Below, piece by piece: positions 1 through 10,172 of a DNA stretch of 64,000 nt (within the stretch, counting starts at the first letter, position 1; the number at the start of each line of letters is the position of its first letter). Position numbers and translations under genes: made by a program. The DNA comes from an uncultured Eubacteriales bacterium (lineage in GTDB: Bacteria > Bacillota > Clostridia > Oscillospirales > Oscillospiraceae), in NCBI GenBank assembly GCA_949296115.1, contig CASFNR010000004.1:3097-67096 (forward strand), given 5' to 3'. The notes below the pieces were generated by a model. The model searched no databases. It was not told the origin of the DNA and worked only from the letters and a program-made list of their open reading frames with translations.

Positions 1-2612
1 CTTGCATAACCCAGCTTTAATCGGCGCTGAAGCATGGAAACGGAAGCCTGTCCAGTCTCGAGAATCACTTCCACAGCGGCAGGCAGCATATCGTCCCCCT
101 CCAACTCGTCATCGTTCGGCGCCGGATCTCCGGCAGTCGGGGCTTTTTTACCAGCTTGTTGTGCCTTTTTCTCGATTTCCGCCAGAATTTGCCGGTTATA
201 GTCGGCGTTATAATGCTCTTTTACATACTCTGCGACAGACTCGACCTCAGAATCGGTGACAAAGCAGCCCTGCACACGAAGCGGCTTTCCGCAGCCAATG
301 GGCGCAAATAGCATATCTCCCTTTCCTACCAGCTTTTCTGCGCCCATGGTATCCAGGATAATGCGGGACTCCATGGCGGACGCAACGGAGAACGCAATCC
401 GGGAGGGAATGTTTGCCTTCATCAGGCCCGTAATCACATCCGCCGAGGGACGCTGGGTGGCAATAATGAGGTGCATCCCCGCCGCACGGCCCATCTGGGC
501 AATCCGGCAGATGGAGTCTTCCACTTCCTTAGCCGCAACCATCATCATATCCGCCAGCTCGTCAATGATGATGATGATCTGGGGCATCCGCTCTCCGTCT
601 TCCTCCGCCTCCATAATGGAGTTGTAGGATTCCAAGTCCCGGACGCCGGCATCAGACATCAGCTTGTACCGGCGCAGCATTTCCGTCACGGCCCATTGCA
701 AACTTCCGGCAGCCTTTTTAGGGTCTGTCACCACAGGAATCAACAGCTGTGGAATACCGTTGTAGATTCCCAGTTCAACCATTTTGGGATCCACCATAAT
801 CAGCTTAACATCCTCTGGACCTGCCTTGTAGAGCAAACTGATAATGATGGAGTTCATGCACACAGATTTGCCGGAACCGGTGGTACCAGCTATCAGAAGG
901 TGAGGCATTTTTGCAATGTTGCCCACAATGCAGCTGCCTCCAATATCCTTACCCACCGCAAAGGAGGATTTGGACTTTGCCCTGGAAAATTCCGGCGAAT
1001 CGATCACTTCCCGCAGAGAAACGGTGGTGACCACCCGGTTGGGAACTTCAATACCCACTACAGAAATTTTTCCGGGTACCGCCGCAATCCGCACGCCGGA
1101 TGCGCCCAAGCTCAGAGCGATGTCATCCGCACAGCCGGTCAGTTTATTCAGTCGGACACCCCGGTCCAATTCGACTTCGTAGCGGGTAACGCTGGGGCCC
1201 CGGGTGACGTTGATAATATGGGCGTCAATTTTAAAGCTGGCCAGGGTCTCATTCAGCCGTCGGGAATTTTCCCGCATCTCCTCGGTTCCATCCGCACTGC
1301 CCCGGATCGGCCGTTTCAGCAGATCAATGGGCGGGAATACGTACTCCGGCTTTTGCTGGGACTGTGCCTGGGCAATTTCGGCAGCGACCTGTTTGGCGGA
1401 CTGTGCCGTTTCTTTGGCCGTAACCTTATCAGGCTTTTCTTCCGGGGTGTTTTTTTCAGGAACATGGGTGGGTGCCGATCCTGTTTCAGAAACAGGCACA
1501 TTCGGTTTCAGTTCCGGCATTTGAGCAGGAATCTGCTCCGGTGCAGGCCGCTCCTCCGGGACCGGAACCGTCACCGGTTCTTCAAATACATTGGGAATAT
1601 CCTCCCTGACATAGTTGGAAGTTCCCCCCAAAGGCGCACCGATCTCCACGTCAATTCGATCCATAAAAGCAGAGCCCTTTCCCGGAACCTGCTTCACACG
1701 GTCCTGCTGGGGAAGCGGCTGTTCAGCTTTTGCTTCCTGGGGGGATGTTTTCACCACGGGTTGGGGCGCCGGTCTCCTGACTGGTACTTTCTCATCCTTC
1801 GCCGGCGGCTCCGGAATCGGCGTCTGCACCTTTGCCTGCAGCGCTTGCTCCCGCTTTTGCCGCTTATGCGCAATCTGTTTATTGGCAATGTGATTGACTA
1901 CAATTGCAGCCGGCTCAATATAGTCATCTTCTTCCCAATCCTCCCGGGGGCGATTGGCGATGGCGCGAATGATGCTGGGAATGGTGATCTGCATGGAACC
2001 AAGCAGCGTCAGCGCTGCTGCAAGTCCTGTCAGAAACAGAGAAAGCGGACCTCCGCAGGCCCAGCGAAGCAGCATTGCGAGGCTGCCGCAGATGACGCCT
2101 CCGGTCCTTCCCGTTGCTCCACCGTCATAAAATGCAAGCATCCGCTCCCCGCTGAAGTCCAGGATGGTTTCCTTTAAAACAAGCAGATGGTAGATCATTC
2201 CTGCAAAAAGGACAAAGAGGATCAGACAGACGCTTCTCATCCGTACATTGGTTTTTCTGCCAAAGGTGTTAATCACAAACAAATACAGCAGCGCTGGAAT
2301 CGATACGTAGAACCCAGCCTGTCCAATAAGTCCAAGAACGACTGATTTTACAACTTTCAGTAATGCCCCCTCCGGGTTCACGCTGATGACTACAAACAAA
2401 ATAAACAGCAGAAAACTGAAAATCGCAGCAATTGCGCTGGAAGAAATCGGATTCTCATATTCCGTAGATACACTTGCCTTTTTCTTGGAAGAAGCACTCT
2501 TTTTGCTGGAGGTACTCTTGGAAGAGGATTTGGTTCCTGCAGAGGAAGAGACTTTCTTCTTGGTATCTGATACAATTTTTTCGGCACGACTGGAAGTTTT
2601 CTTCGCGGCCAT
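1..2612 (-). CDS. ftsK: DNA translocase FtsK/SpoIIIE (3' end beyond window edge)
   Basis: Manual minus-strand translation: MAAKKTSS..., N-terminal TM segments, PHLLIAGTTGSGKS Walker A, IIDELAD, IATQRPS, and gamma domain ASVSMLQRRLKLGYA running off the edge. Absent from the ORF track because there is no stop in the window. Confidence 0.95.
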   Translation of the reverse strand, partial: MAAKKTSSRAEKIVSDTKKKVSSSAGTKSSSKSTSSKKSASSKKKASVSTEYENPISSSAIAAIFSFLLFILFVVISVNPEGALLKVVKSVVLGLIGQAGFYVSIPALLYLFVINTFGRKTNVRMRSVCLILFVLFAGMIYHLLVLKETILDFSGERMLAFYDGGATGRTGGVICGSLAMLLRWACGGPLSLFLTGLAAALTLLGSMQITIPSIIRAIANRPREDWEEDDYIEPAAIVVNHIANKQIAHKRQKREQALQAKVQTPIPEPPAKDEKVPVRRPAPQPVVKTSPQEAKAEQPLPQQDRVKQVPGKGSAFMDRIDVEIGAPLGGTSNYVREDIPNVFEEPVTVPVPEERPAPEQIPAQMPELKPNVPVSETGSAPTHVPEKNTPEEKPDKVTAKETAQSAKQVAAEIAQAQSQQKPEYVFPPIDLLKRPIRGSADGTEEMRENSRRLNETLASFKIDAHIINVTRGPSVTRYEVELDRGVRLNKLTGCADDIALSLGASGVRIAAVPGKISVVGIEVPNRVVTTVSLREVIDSPEFSRAKSKSSFAVGKDIGGSCIVGNIAKMPHLLIAGTTGSGKSVCMNSIIISLLYKAGPEDVKLIMVDPKMVELGIYNGIPQLLIPVVTDPKKAAGSLQWAVTEMLRRYKLMSDAGVRDLESYNSIMEAEEDGERMPQIIIIIDELADMMMVAAKEVEDSICRIAQMGRAAGMHLIIATQRPSADVITGLMKANIPSRIAFSVASAMESRIILDTMGAEKLVGKGDMLFAPIGCGKPLRVQGCFVTDSEVESVAEYVKEHYNADYNRQILAEIEKKAQQAGKKAPTAGDPAPNDDELEGDDMLPAAVEVILETGQASVSMLQRRLKLGYA

Positions 2613-2622
2613 GTTATGCCTC

Positions 2623-3459
2623 CTAAGCCATAAGATTCACAATAAAGGTAAAGAGCGCAAGACCTGCACAGTAAAAGCCAAAAATGGAATAACCGTGGTG
2701 TCCGGCCAGGTAGCGCATCAGCTTGATCCCCAGCAGACAGCTTCCAAAAGCGGTCAGGCAGACGACCAGATAGCGCAGCAAAATTACAAAGGAGAGAACA
2801 CCGGCACCTTCCGCAAAAAGGGCCATCACATCCAAAATAATCAATCCCAGATTCAGGGCCATGTTCATCATCAGGGCCATGTTCAGGCAGAAGGAACGCT
2901 CCACACCGCACACAGAGCCAATGGAAGTTGCCGTTCCAACGGCGGAAATTCCAGGAAGGACAGACGCTGTTGCCCCCAATCCCATCAGGACACCCTCCAC
3001 CCGGGACAGGGTTCTGGAATCCCGGTTGCTGCCCGGCAGGAACTGGGGAATATAAAGGATCAAGCCGTTGACAAACAAAAACACAGACAGAACCACTAAA
3101 TTATCATTCAGCGGTTCTGCGTAGCCGTGCAGGAGCAGTCCAATTAGCACCGGCAGCAGCATGGTCTTCAACATACTCCAGTCCATCAGGCTTCTGGTGT
3201 CAAGGGGGCGTTTTCTGCGGCGTTTGGGGACCCTGGCCAAGGCACGGGCACGATTTATCCGAATAATCTGGCTCTGGCAGCTGAAATACAGGGCGCCAAA
3301 TATCCCAATATGTACCACAAGCTGCATCACTTCCATTCCACCGTTGATGCCGTAGAGCTTGAGCATCAGGACACGGTGCGCCTGGGCTGAAATGGGAACA
3401 ATGTCCATGAATCCGGAAAGAAAGCCATAGACTATACTTTGAATCCAGTTCAGATCCAC
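2623..3459 (-). CDS. UppP/BacA-family membrane protein with degenerate catalytic motifs
   Basis: BacA-like layout (PISAQAH, VHIG, LPGIS) but signature residues are substituted; GTG start with GGAGGG RBS. Confidence 0.8.
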   Translation of the reverse strand: MDLNWIQSIVYGFLSGFMDIVPISAQAHRVLMLKLYGINGGMEVMQLVVHIGIFGALYFSCQSQIIRINRARALARVPKRRRKRPLDTRSLMDWSMLKTMLLPVLIGLLLHGYAEPLNDNLVVLSVFLFVNGLILYIPQFLPGSNRDSRTLSRVEGVLMGLGATASVLPGISAVGTATSIGSVCGVERSFCLNMALMMNMALNLGLIILDVMALFAEGAGVLSFVILLRYLVVCLTAFGSCLLGIKLMRYLAGHHGYSIFGFYCAGLALFTFIVNLMA

Positions 3460-3562
3460 GCAATTCCCTCCCTTTGTAAACCATTACAATTTATCATACC
3501 ATATTATTGACTAAATTTCCAGTCTTATTTTTGACGAAAACGTAAGCCGGAGTTCCTCCGGC

Positions 3563-4246
3563 TCACGTTTTTCCCTTTTCCTCCTGAATCATCCGGTGCA
3601 GTTCTGCCAAGGCATCGCTCAATCCTCCAAGGCTGTCGATCAGGCCGGAGGCCACCGCTTCTTTTCCGTAGAGAATGGTGCCCACATCCGTGGCCATTTC
3701 CCCGGTTGCCATCATATAGTGCTCGAAGACTTCTCTGCTGATCCGGGAGTTTGCTGTTACAAAATCCGCAATCTGTTCCTGAATCCGCTGGAAATATCGA
3801 TATGTCTGAGGCGCGCCCACCACCAACCCTGTCATTCGGACCGGGTGGACCGTCATGCTGGCAGTCGGCGTGATAAAAGACTTCTTGGTGCATACCGCCA
3901 AGGGGATTCCAATGGAATGGCCGCCTCCCAGCACCAGGGACACCGTCGGTTTCTTCATCCCTGCAATCATTTCCGCAATGGCCAGACCTGCTTCAATATC
4001 TCCTCCCACTGTATTGAGCAGAATCAGAAGCCCGTCGATCTCATCGCTTTCCTCCATGCCTGCAAGCAGCGGCAGAATGTGTTCATACTTTGTCGTCTTA
4101 ACCGTTTCCGGTGCGACCTGATGACCCTCAATCTGCCCGATTATGGTCAGGGTATAGATATTTCCATTTTTCGACTTGGTTGAATCCGTCCCAAGCTCCA
4201 CGATCTGGTCCCGCTCCTGCTTTTTCTCCTGATCTTCATTATTCAT
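3563..4246 (-). CDS. tepA: ClpP-like translocation-enhancing protein TepA
   Basis: TTKYEH, LNTVGGDIEAGLAIAEMI, GGGHSIG, HPVR motifs; lies upstream of spoIIIE as in Bacillus. Confidence 0.9.
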   Translation of the reverse strand: MNNEDQEKKQERDQIVELGTDSTKSKNGNIYTLTIIGQIEGHQVAPETVKTTKYEHILPLLAGMEESDEIDGLLILLNTVGGDIEAGLAIAEMIAGMKKPTVSLVLGGGHSIGIPLAVCTKKSFITPTASMTVHPVRMTGLVVGAPQTYRYFQRIQEQIADFVTANSRISREVFEHYMMATGEMATDVGTILYGKEAVASGLIDSLGGLSDALAELHRMIQEEKGKT

Positions 4247-4347
4247 TGGAAATCCCTCCTCTTTTTTCTTAGGTTAACCACAGTTTTCCGGATAATTCAT
4301 ACTTGCAACTGGGAGAAAAATATTTTATAATGGAGGGTGGTGATAAT

Positions 4348-4821
4348 ATGGCTAACAAGACAAACGCCGTTCGTCTGGTGGAGCAGGCTGGAATTTCCTG
4401 TCGGGAATGCTTTTATGAGTTTGACGAAAAAGATCTGAGTGGATCTCATGCCGCCCAGGCAATCGGTTTTCCTCCGGAGCAGGTGTTCAAGACCCTGGTC
4501 GCCCGGGGGGAAAAAACCGGAATCAATGTATTCTGTATTCCTGTGTGCTGTGAGCTGGATCTGAAAAAGGCAGCAAAGGCAGCTGGGGACAAAAATATGG
4601 AGTTGGTTGCAGTAAAAGAGCTGCTGGGTCTGACGGGATATATCCGCGGTGGCTGCAGCCCAGTTGGAATGAAGAAGAAATTTCCCACATATTTTGACGA
4701 AACCTGCGTTCTTTGGGATGAAATCGCTGTCTCCGCCGGCGCAAGAGGACACCAGATGATCCTCCCGCCGGAGGAATTGACGCAGCTTGTCGATGGAAAA
4801 ACAGCAGACATTACCATTTAG
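4348..4821 (+). CDS. ybaK: Cys-tRNA(Pro) deacylase YbaK/EbsC
   Basis: KTNAVRL, VFKTLV, GYIRGGCSPVG, SAGARG motifs. Confidence 0.92.
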   Translation: MANKTNAVRLVEQAGISCRECFYEFDEKDLSGSHAAQAIGFPPEQVFKTLVARGEKTGINVFCIPVCCELDLKKAAKAAGDKNMELVAVKELLGLTGYIRGGCSPVGMKKKFPTYFDETCVLWDEIAVSAGARGHQMILPPEELTQLVDGKTADITI

Positions 4822-4846
4822 CCGATAAAGAGAAAGGAGTTTTATC

Positions 4847-5098
4847 ATGTATCAGTACAAAACAAAAGGAACCTGTTCACAAATGATTTCCTTCGATCTG
4901 GAGGACAACAAGGTAAGAAACGTCCAGTTTTTGGGGGGCTGCAACGGAAACCTGAAGGGCATTGGAGCCCTGGTGGAAGGGATGGACATTGATGCCGTCA
5001 TTGAGCGGGTGGAAGGCATCCGCTGCGGCATGAAGTCTACCTCCTGCCCTGATCAGCTCGCCAAGGCACTGAAAGCCGCAAAAGAGCAGATGCAGTAA
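4847..5098 (+). CDS. TSCPD-domain 4-Cys protein (TIGR03905-like)
   Basis: KGTCS, GGCNGN, GIRCG..STSCPDQLA. Confidence 0.88.
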   Translation: MYQYKTKGTCSQMISFDLEDNKVRNVQFLGGCNGNLKGIGALVEGMDIDAVIERVEGIRCGMKSTSCPDQLAKALKAAKEQMQ

Positions 5099-5110
5099 TA
5101 GAATACCCGA

Positions 5111-5150
5111 GAAAAGCGGCACCTGGATCCGACCCAGATGCCGCTTTTCC
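5111..5150 (+). terminator. hairpin terminator after TSCPD gene
   Basis: GAAAAGCGGCA...TGCCGCTTTTC inverted repeat. Confidence 0.7.
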
Positions 5151-5232
5151 ATTGTATCGGGGTTGCATGTCACCCTTTTTCGTGGTATAATGATCGTAAT
5201 CGATAGAGTTTTACAGAAAGAAGGGCTAAGCT

Positions 5233-6588
5233 GTGACAAATGCGGAGCAACATTACAAAAAGATGACGGAAACTCCGGTATCCATGCTGATCTTGAATCT
5301 GGGAATCCCAACCACGATTTCCATGCTGATCACCAACATCTACAACATGGCAGATACCTATTTTGTAGGTACAGTGGGAGAAAGTGCCCAAGCGGCCACG
5401 GGTGTTCTGTTTACCGTCCAGGCCATTATGCAGGGAATTGCCTTTATGCTGGGGCACGGCAGTGGAACATATATCGCCCGCTCCCTTGCCAGTAAGGACG
5501 CCGACTCCGCAACACGCTACATTTCCAGTGCATTTTTCCTTGGCGGCAGCCTTGGATTTGTAATCCTAGCCCTCGGGCTGATTTTTCTTCGTCCCCTGGT
5601 AGAATTTTTAGGAAGTACCCCAACCATTGTCCCTCATGCCATGGATTATGGCTTCTGGATTCTTCTGGCTGCCCCCTTCATCATCTGTTCTCTGATTTTG
5701 AATAACGGGCTTCGATATGAGGGCAAAGCTTTCTATGCCATGTTTGGTCTAACAGCCGGTGGTATTCTCAATATTATCGGGGACTATGTGCTGGTGATCC
5801 GCTGCAATATGGGCGTATATGGCGCCGGACTGGCAACGGCTGCCTCTCAGGTGGTGAGCTTCTGCATCTTGCTGTTCATGTATTTGAAAATGGCACAAAG
5901 CACCATCCGATTCTCTGCTGTCAGCCGGGATTCAAGCCTGTATCTCTCCGTTTGCCGTGTGGGATTCCCTTCTTTGATTCGTCAGGGGCTGACCTCTGTT
6001 ACAACAGGTGTATTGAACAATGTTACAAAACCCTTTGGCGACGCTGCCATTGCGGCCATGAGTGTGGTCAGCCGTTATTCCAATTTCCTGATGTGTGTCG
6101 GCCTTGGTATGGGGCAGGGATTCCAGCCGGTCGCATCGTTCAATTTCCAGGCTCAGAAGTATGACCGGGTAAAAAAAGGACTGCTGTTCACCACCGCCTT
6201 CGGCCTGTTCTTCGTAGGCGGTATGGCGCTGGCCAGCATGATTTTTGCGGAGCCTATCATCTACATTTTCCAGAAACACCAGGAAGTCATCGAAATTGGT
6301 GCCCGGGCCTTGCGTTTTGCCGCTTTTGGCATGCTGTTTATGCCGTTTTCTACACCTGTGAATATGCTCTATCAGAGTATTCAGCAGCCCACCATTTCTT
6401 CAGTGCTTTCCTTGATCCGCTCCGGCGGTGTCACCATTCCCCTGCTGTTGTTTGGGGTTCCTTTCCTGGGCCTTTTGGGCATTCAGATCGCACAGCCCAC
6501 TGCAGACATTCTGGCGGGATTGCTCAGCATTCCCTTCATTTTCCGATTCCTCCACTCCTACCAGGATGCCAATCTAAACGTACAGTAA
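5233..6588 (+). CDS. MATE family efflux transporter
   Basis: About 12 TM segments, IYNMADTYFV, two MatE halves. Confidence 0.9.
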   Translation: MTNAEQHYKKMTETPVSMLILNLGIPTTISMLITNIYNMADTYFVGTVGESAQAATGVLFTVQAIMQGIAFMLGHGSGTYIARSLASKDADSATRYISSAFFLGGSLGFVILALGLIFLRPLVEFLGSTPTIVPHAMDYGFWILLAAPFIICSLILNNGLRYEGKAFYAMFGLTAGGILNIIGDYVLVIRCNMGVYGAGLATAASQVVSFCILLFMYLKMAQSTIRFSAVSRDSSLYLSVCRVGFPSLIRQGLTSVTTGVLNNVTKPFGDAAIAAMSVVSRYSNFLMCVGLGMGQGFQPVASFNFQAQKYDRVKKGLLFTTAFGLFFVGGMALASMIFAEPIIYIFQKHQEVIEIGARALRFAAFGMLFMPFSTPVNMLYQSIQQPTISSVLSLIRSGGVTIPLLLFGVPFLGLLGIQIAQPTADILAGLLSIPFIFRFLHSYQDANLNVQ

Positions 6589-6602
6589 ATGTTTCCATAT
6601 TT

Positions 6603-6645
6603 AAACTGCCGGAATTGCCTATAATGGCAATTCCGGCAGTTTTTT
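6603..6645. terminator. bidirectional terminator between convergent genes
   Basis: AAACTGCCGGAATTGCC-tataat-GGCAATTCCGGCAGTTTTT. Confidence 0.85.
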
Positions 6646-7114
6646 ATGAATAGATCTTCATTTCTCCATGGCGCATCTGCCAGATCTGCTGCATCCGCTC
6701 CAGGAAGTCAGGTAGGTTGGCAGGAGATACCACATCTTGCTCTGCCTCCTCCTGAACCCAGGGAAGGCGCATTTCCCCAACCCAGAGCAGGAAAGAATTT
6801 TCTCCCGCAGCCTCCGGCTGAACCAGGGTTCCATCCACCGAAAGTGCATCCTTTCCCCACTCCAGGATACGTCCCTGAACCCGATAACACGCCAGAATCA
6901 ATGTTGGTTCAAATGGCATCAGTTCGGAAGGGCCGCTGGGATTCACGCCAAACTGGTCAAGATAACGCACAAGGCCGGGATAGCAAAATCCGGCTGTCTC
7001 ATAGAAGTTCCGGCAATACGCACACATGCAGTGCTCCTGGGCGTTTCGATCGGTTTTCTCTCTGGTTAAATCCAGGTCAATTTCAAATTTCCATCCTTCC
7101 AGTTCCAGCAGCAT
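6644..7114 (-). CDS. hypothetical protein with CxCxxC motif
   Basis: HCMCAYCRNF; starts 4 nt after the engB stop. Confidence 0.7.
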   Translation of the reverse strand: MLLELEGWKFEIDLDLTREKTDRNAQEHCMCAYCRNFYETAGFCYPGLVRYLDQFGVNPSGPSELMPFEPTLILACYRVQGRILEWGKDALSVDGTLVQPEAAGENSFLLWVGEMRLPWVQEEAEQDVVSPANLPDFLERMQQIWQMRHGEMKIYS

Positions 7115-7118
7115 GTGC

Positions 7119-7703
7119 CTACTCTCCTGCCGCCGTCAAAATATGGCGAATCAATTCGTCCCTGCCATCCCCTTTTTCCGCAGAGAATGGAATCACCGGG
7201 CAGTTTTCCGGCAGCTCCAGGTCCTCCCGGATTGCGGCGAGATTGGGCTCGAGTTCCCTTTTTTTCAATTTGTCCAGCTTGTTGGCAACCACGACGAAGG
7301 GACAACCACTTTCCAGAAACCAGTTTGCCATGGTAATGTCATTGTTGGTGGGGCGATGACGGTAATCCACAATCAAAACACCCAGGTCAATCCGGTTTGC
7401 GGCAAAATACGTTTCCATCAGTTTGCCCCACCTGGCTTTTTCCTGCTGAGAAACCTGCGCAAATCCATAGCCCGGAAGGTCAACCAAATAGCATTTTCCA
7501 TCCACCACAAAGTAGTTGACGTGGACGGTCTTACCAGGCTTGTCCCCCACCCGTGCAAAGTTCTTCCGCTGGAGCAGTCGGTTGATTACAGAGGATTTTC
7601 CCACATTGGATTTTCCCGCAAAGGCAATTTCCGGCAGTCGCTTCTGGGGAAAATCCTTTGCAGACGCAGCCGAGATGAGAAATTCCACATTTTGAAAATT
7701 CAT
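7119..7703 (-). CDS. engB: ribosome biogenesis GTPase EngB/YsxC
   Basis: GKSNVGKSS, DLPGYG, NKLD; follows lon. Confidence 0.95.
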   Translation of the reverse strand: MNFQNVEFLISAASAKDFPQKRLPEIAFAGKSNVGKSSVINRLLQRKNFARVGDKPGKTVHVNYFVVDGKCYLVDLPGYGFAQVSQQEKARWGKLMETYFAANRIDLGVLIVDYRHRPTNNDITMANWFLESGCPFVVVANKLDKLKKRELEPNLAAIREDLELPENCPVIPFSAEKGDGRDELIRHILTAAGE

Positions 7704-7715
7704 AGAACACGCACC

Positions 7716-10118
7716 TCACTGCTGCAGGCCCGGTTTCGGACTTTTGGCAGACACATCATCCGGCAGCTTCGCCAGAATTTCCGGCTGCATTTCAGTCTGT
7801 CGGTTCAGCGCTGCATCCAGTACGGTATCCACGGACTGGGCACTAATGAAATTCAGCTGGCGGCGAACGGTCTGGTCAATTTCTTCCAAATCCCGTTCGT
7901 TTTCTTTGGGGATGATAACCGTGCGGACTCCATGGCGAAGCGCCGCCATGGTTTTTTCTTTCAGGCCGCCAATCCGCATCACCCTGCCGCGGATGGAAAT
8001 CTCACCGGTCATTGCCACATCCCGCCGAACGGTTACCCCGGTCAGCGCAGATACAATTGCCGTACAGACTGTCACACCGGCAGAGGGTCCGTCCTTTGGG
8101 ACAGCACCCTCCGGGAAGTGTACATGAATGTCCTTGGTTTTGTAGAAATCCGGGGCAACGCCCAATTTCTGTGCGTTGGCGCGAATATAGCTCAGTGCGG
8201 CATGAGCGGATTCCTTCATCACATCCCCCAGATTACCGGTGAGTTCCAGCTTTCCGGACCCGTCCATTACATTCACTTCCACTTCCAGCGTTTCTCCGCC
8301 TACGCTGGTCCAGGCAAGTCCCGTGACCAGTCCAACCTGGTCGGTACAGGGCAGCCGATCCGGCAGGAATTTCCGCACCCCCAGGAAGCTTTCCAGATTG
8401 GAGCCAGTGACCAAGATTCTCTTGCTGTCCTCCTGGGAAACCAGCTGCATGTCCGCTTTCCGGCAAATTTCTCCGATGGAGCGTTCCAGATTCCGGACGC
8501 CGGATTCCCGGGTGTAGCAGGTGATTATTTCCCGGATGGCATCATCGGAAATCCGAAGCTGCTGTTTCTTCAGGCCATGCTTTTTCAGCTGTTTGGGAAT
8601 CAAATGATTTTTGGCAATCATCAATTTCTCTTCATCGGTGTAAGAGCCAAGCTCAATAATTTCCATCCGGTCCAGCAGCGGCCGCGGCACCGTGTCCAGC
8701 GTATTGGCCGTGGTAATAAACATCACATCCGACAGGTCGAACGGGATTTCCAGATAATGGTCACGATAACTGTGGTTCTGCTCTGCGTCCAGAACTTCCA
8801 GAAGCGCCGCACTGGGATCACCGCGGTAATCAGACCCCATCTTGTCAATTTCATCCAGCAGAAGAACCGGGTTGGCGCTTCCTGCCTGGGCCATAGCCGT
8901 CATGATTCGGCCGGGCATGGCGCCGACATAAGTTTTCCGGTGACCCCGGATGTCCGCTTCATCATGGACGCCGCCAAGGGAAATCCGCGCCATCTTCCGG
9001 TTCAGGCTCCGGGCAATGGAGTAGGAAATGCTCGTCTTGCCCACGCCTGGAGGGCCAACCAGACACAGGATCTGAGGCGGCATCTCCGGCGCCATCTGAC
9101 GCACCGCAATGGTTTCCAGGATTCGCTCTTTTACCTTCTCCAGCCCGAAGTGGTCATGCTCCAGAATTTTCCGGGCAGCCGAAACATCGACCCGTTCCTT
9201 TGTCTTTTTATTCCATGGCAGGTCCAGGACCGTATCCAAGTAGTTGCGCAGAACGGCGCCTTCTGAGGAACCGAAGGGCTGCTTTTTCAGCCGTTCCACA
9301 TCCTTCAGAAGTTTCTTCTCCAGTTCTTCTTCCAGATGAAGGTTCTTGATGCTCTGGGCATAGTTCTCAAACTCCGAAGCCTCGTCCCCTTCTCCCAGTT
9401 CGTCCTGAAGAACCTTGATTTGCTCCCGGATGTAGTAATCGCGCTGATTCTGATCCAATGCCGAACGAGTTTTCTCCTGAATATCCGACTCCAGGCGAAG
9501 CATCTCTACTTCCCTGCTCAGCAGACGCAGTGCCGTTTCCAGACGGCGGACCGGATTCAGCTGACAGAGCATTTTCGCCTTGTCGGCAAAATCGATGCCG
9601 GAATTCTGGGCAATGGTATCGGCAATAAAACCGCTGTCATCGCTTGCCATCAGCCGCAGCTGGATTGCCTGAGCAGGATGTTCGGACATCTGCACATACA
9701 GGCCATACAGAGACACCGCCTCCCGCCGCAAAGCATGTGCCCGCACCGTATCAGCAGGCTCCGGCACCGTAACAGCCTCCACCATTCCCTCCAGGTATGG
9801 CTCCGACTGCTGCAGCTCCGTGATCCTTCCCCGGCAGATACCGGTTACCAAAATCCGAAGATTTTCGCCTTGGGTTTTGAGCACCTGCTTTACTTTCGCA
9901 ACCGTGCCGACCCCATAAAGGTCCTTCAGTTTTGGGTCGTCCACCATCAGATCCTTCTGCGGAATCAGCAGCAGGGTCTGGTCTTCCTTCATCGCCGCTT
10001 CCAGCGCACGCACCGACTTGGCCCGGCCAACATCAAAATGCACCGTCTGCTCCGGAAACACCGCCAGTCCCCGGAGGGCGAGGATGGGCATTTTTCCTGC
10101 GTAAATTGTTTCTGTCAA
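7716..10118 (-). CDS. lon: Lon protease
   Basis: GPPGVGKT, LLDEIDK, PKDGPSAG, GGLKEK. Confidence 0.97.
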   Translation of the reverse strand: MTETIYAGKMPILALRGLAVFPEQTVHFDVGRAKSVRALEAAMKEDQTLLLIPQKDLMVDDPKLKDLYGVGTVAKVKQVLKTQGENLRILVTGICRGRITELQQSEPYLEGMVEAVTVPEPADTVRAHALRREAVSLYGLYVQMSEHPAQAIQLRLMASDDSGFIADTIAQNSGIDFADKAKMLCQLNPVRRLETALRLLSREVEMLRLESDIQEKTRSALDQNQRDYYIREQIKVLQDELGEGDEASEFENYAQSIKNLHLEEELEKKLLKDVERLKKQPFGSSEGAVLRNYLDTVLDLPWNKKTKERVDVSAARKILEHDHFGLEKVKERILETIAVRQMAPEMPPQILCLVGPPGVGKTSISYSIARSLNRKMARISLGGVHDEADIRGHRKTYVGAMPGRIMTAMAQAGSANPVLLLDEIDKMGSDYRGDPSAALLEVLDAEQNHSYRDHYLEIPFDLSDVMFITTANTLDTVPRPLLDRMEIIELGSYTDEEKLMIAKNHLIPKQLKKHGLKKQQLRISDDAIREIITCYTRESGVRNLERSIGEICRKADMQLVSQEDSKRILVTGSNLESFLGVRKFLPDRLPCTDQVGLVTGLAWTSVGGETLEVEVNVMDGSGKLELTGNLGDVMKESAHAALSYIRANAQKLGVAPDFYKTKDIHVHFPEGAVPKDGPSAGVTVCTAIVSALTGVTVRRDVAMTGEISIRGRVMRIGGLKEKTMAALRHGVRTVIIPKENERDLEEIDQTVRRQLNFISAQSVDTVLDAALNRQTEMQPEILAKLPDDVSAKSPKPGLQQ

Positions 10119-10172
10119 GGGTTATCCCTCCTTGTTTGCAAAAAAGGGGGTAGCAGTTCTACCCCCTTTGCC

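Noticed and set aside
471-2177. 568-aa plus-strand ORF
   Set aside because: Antisense shadow of ftsK; no motifs
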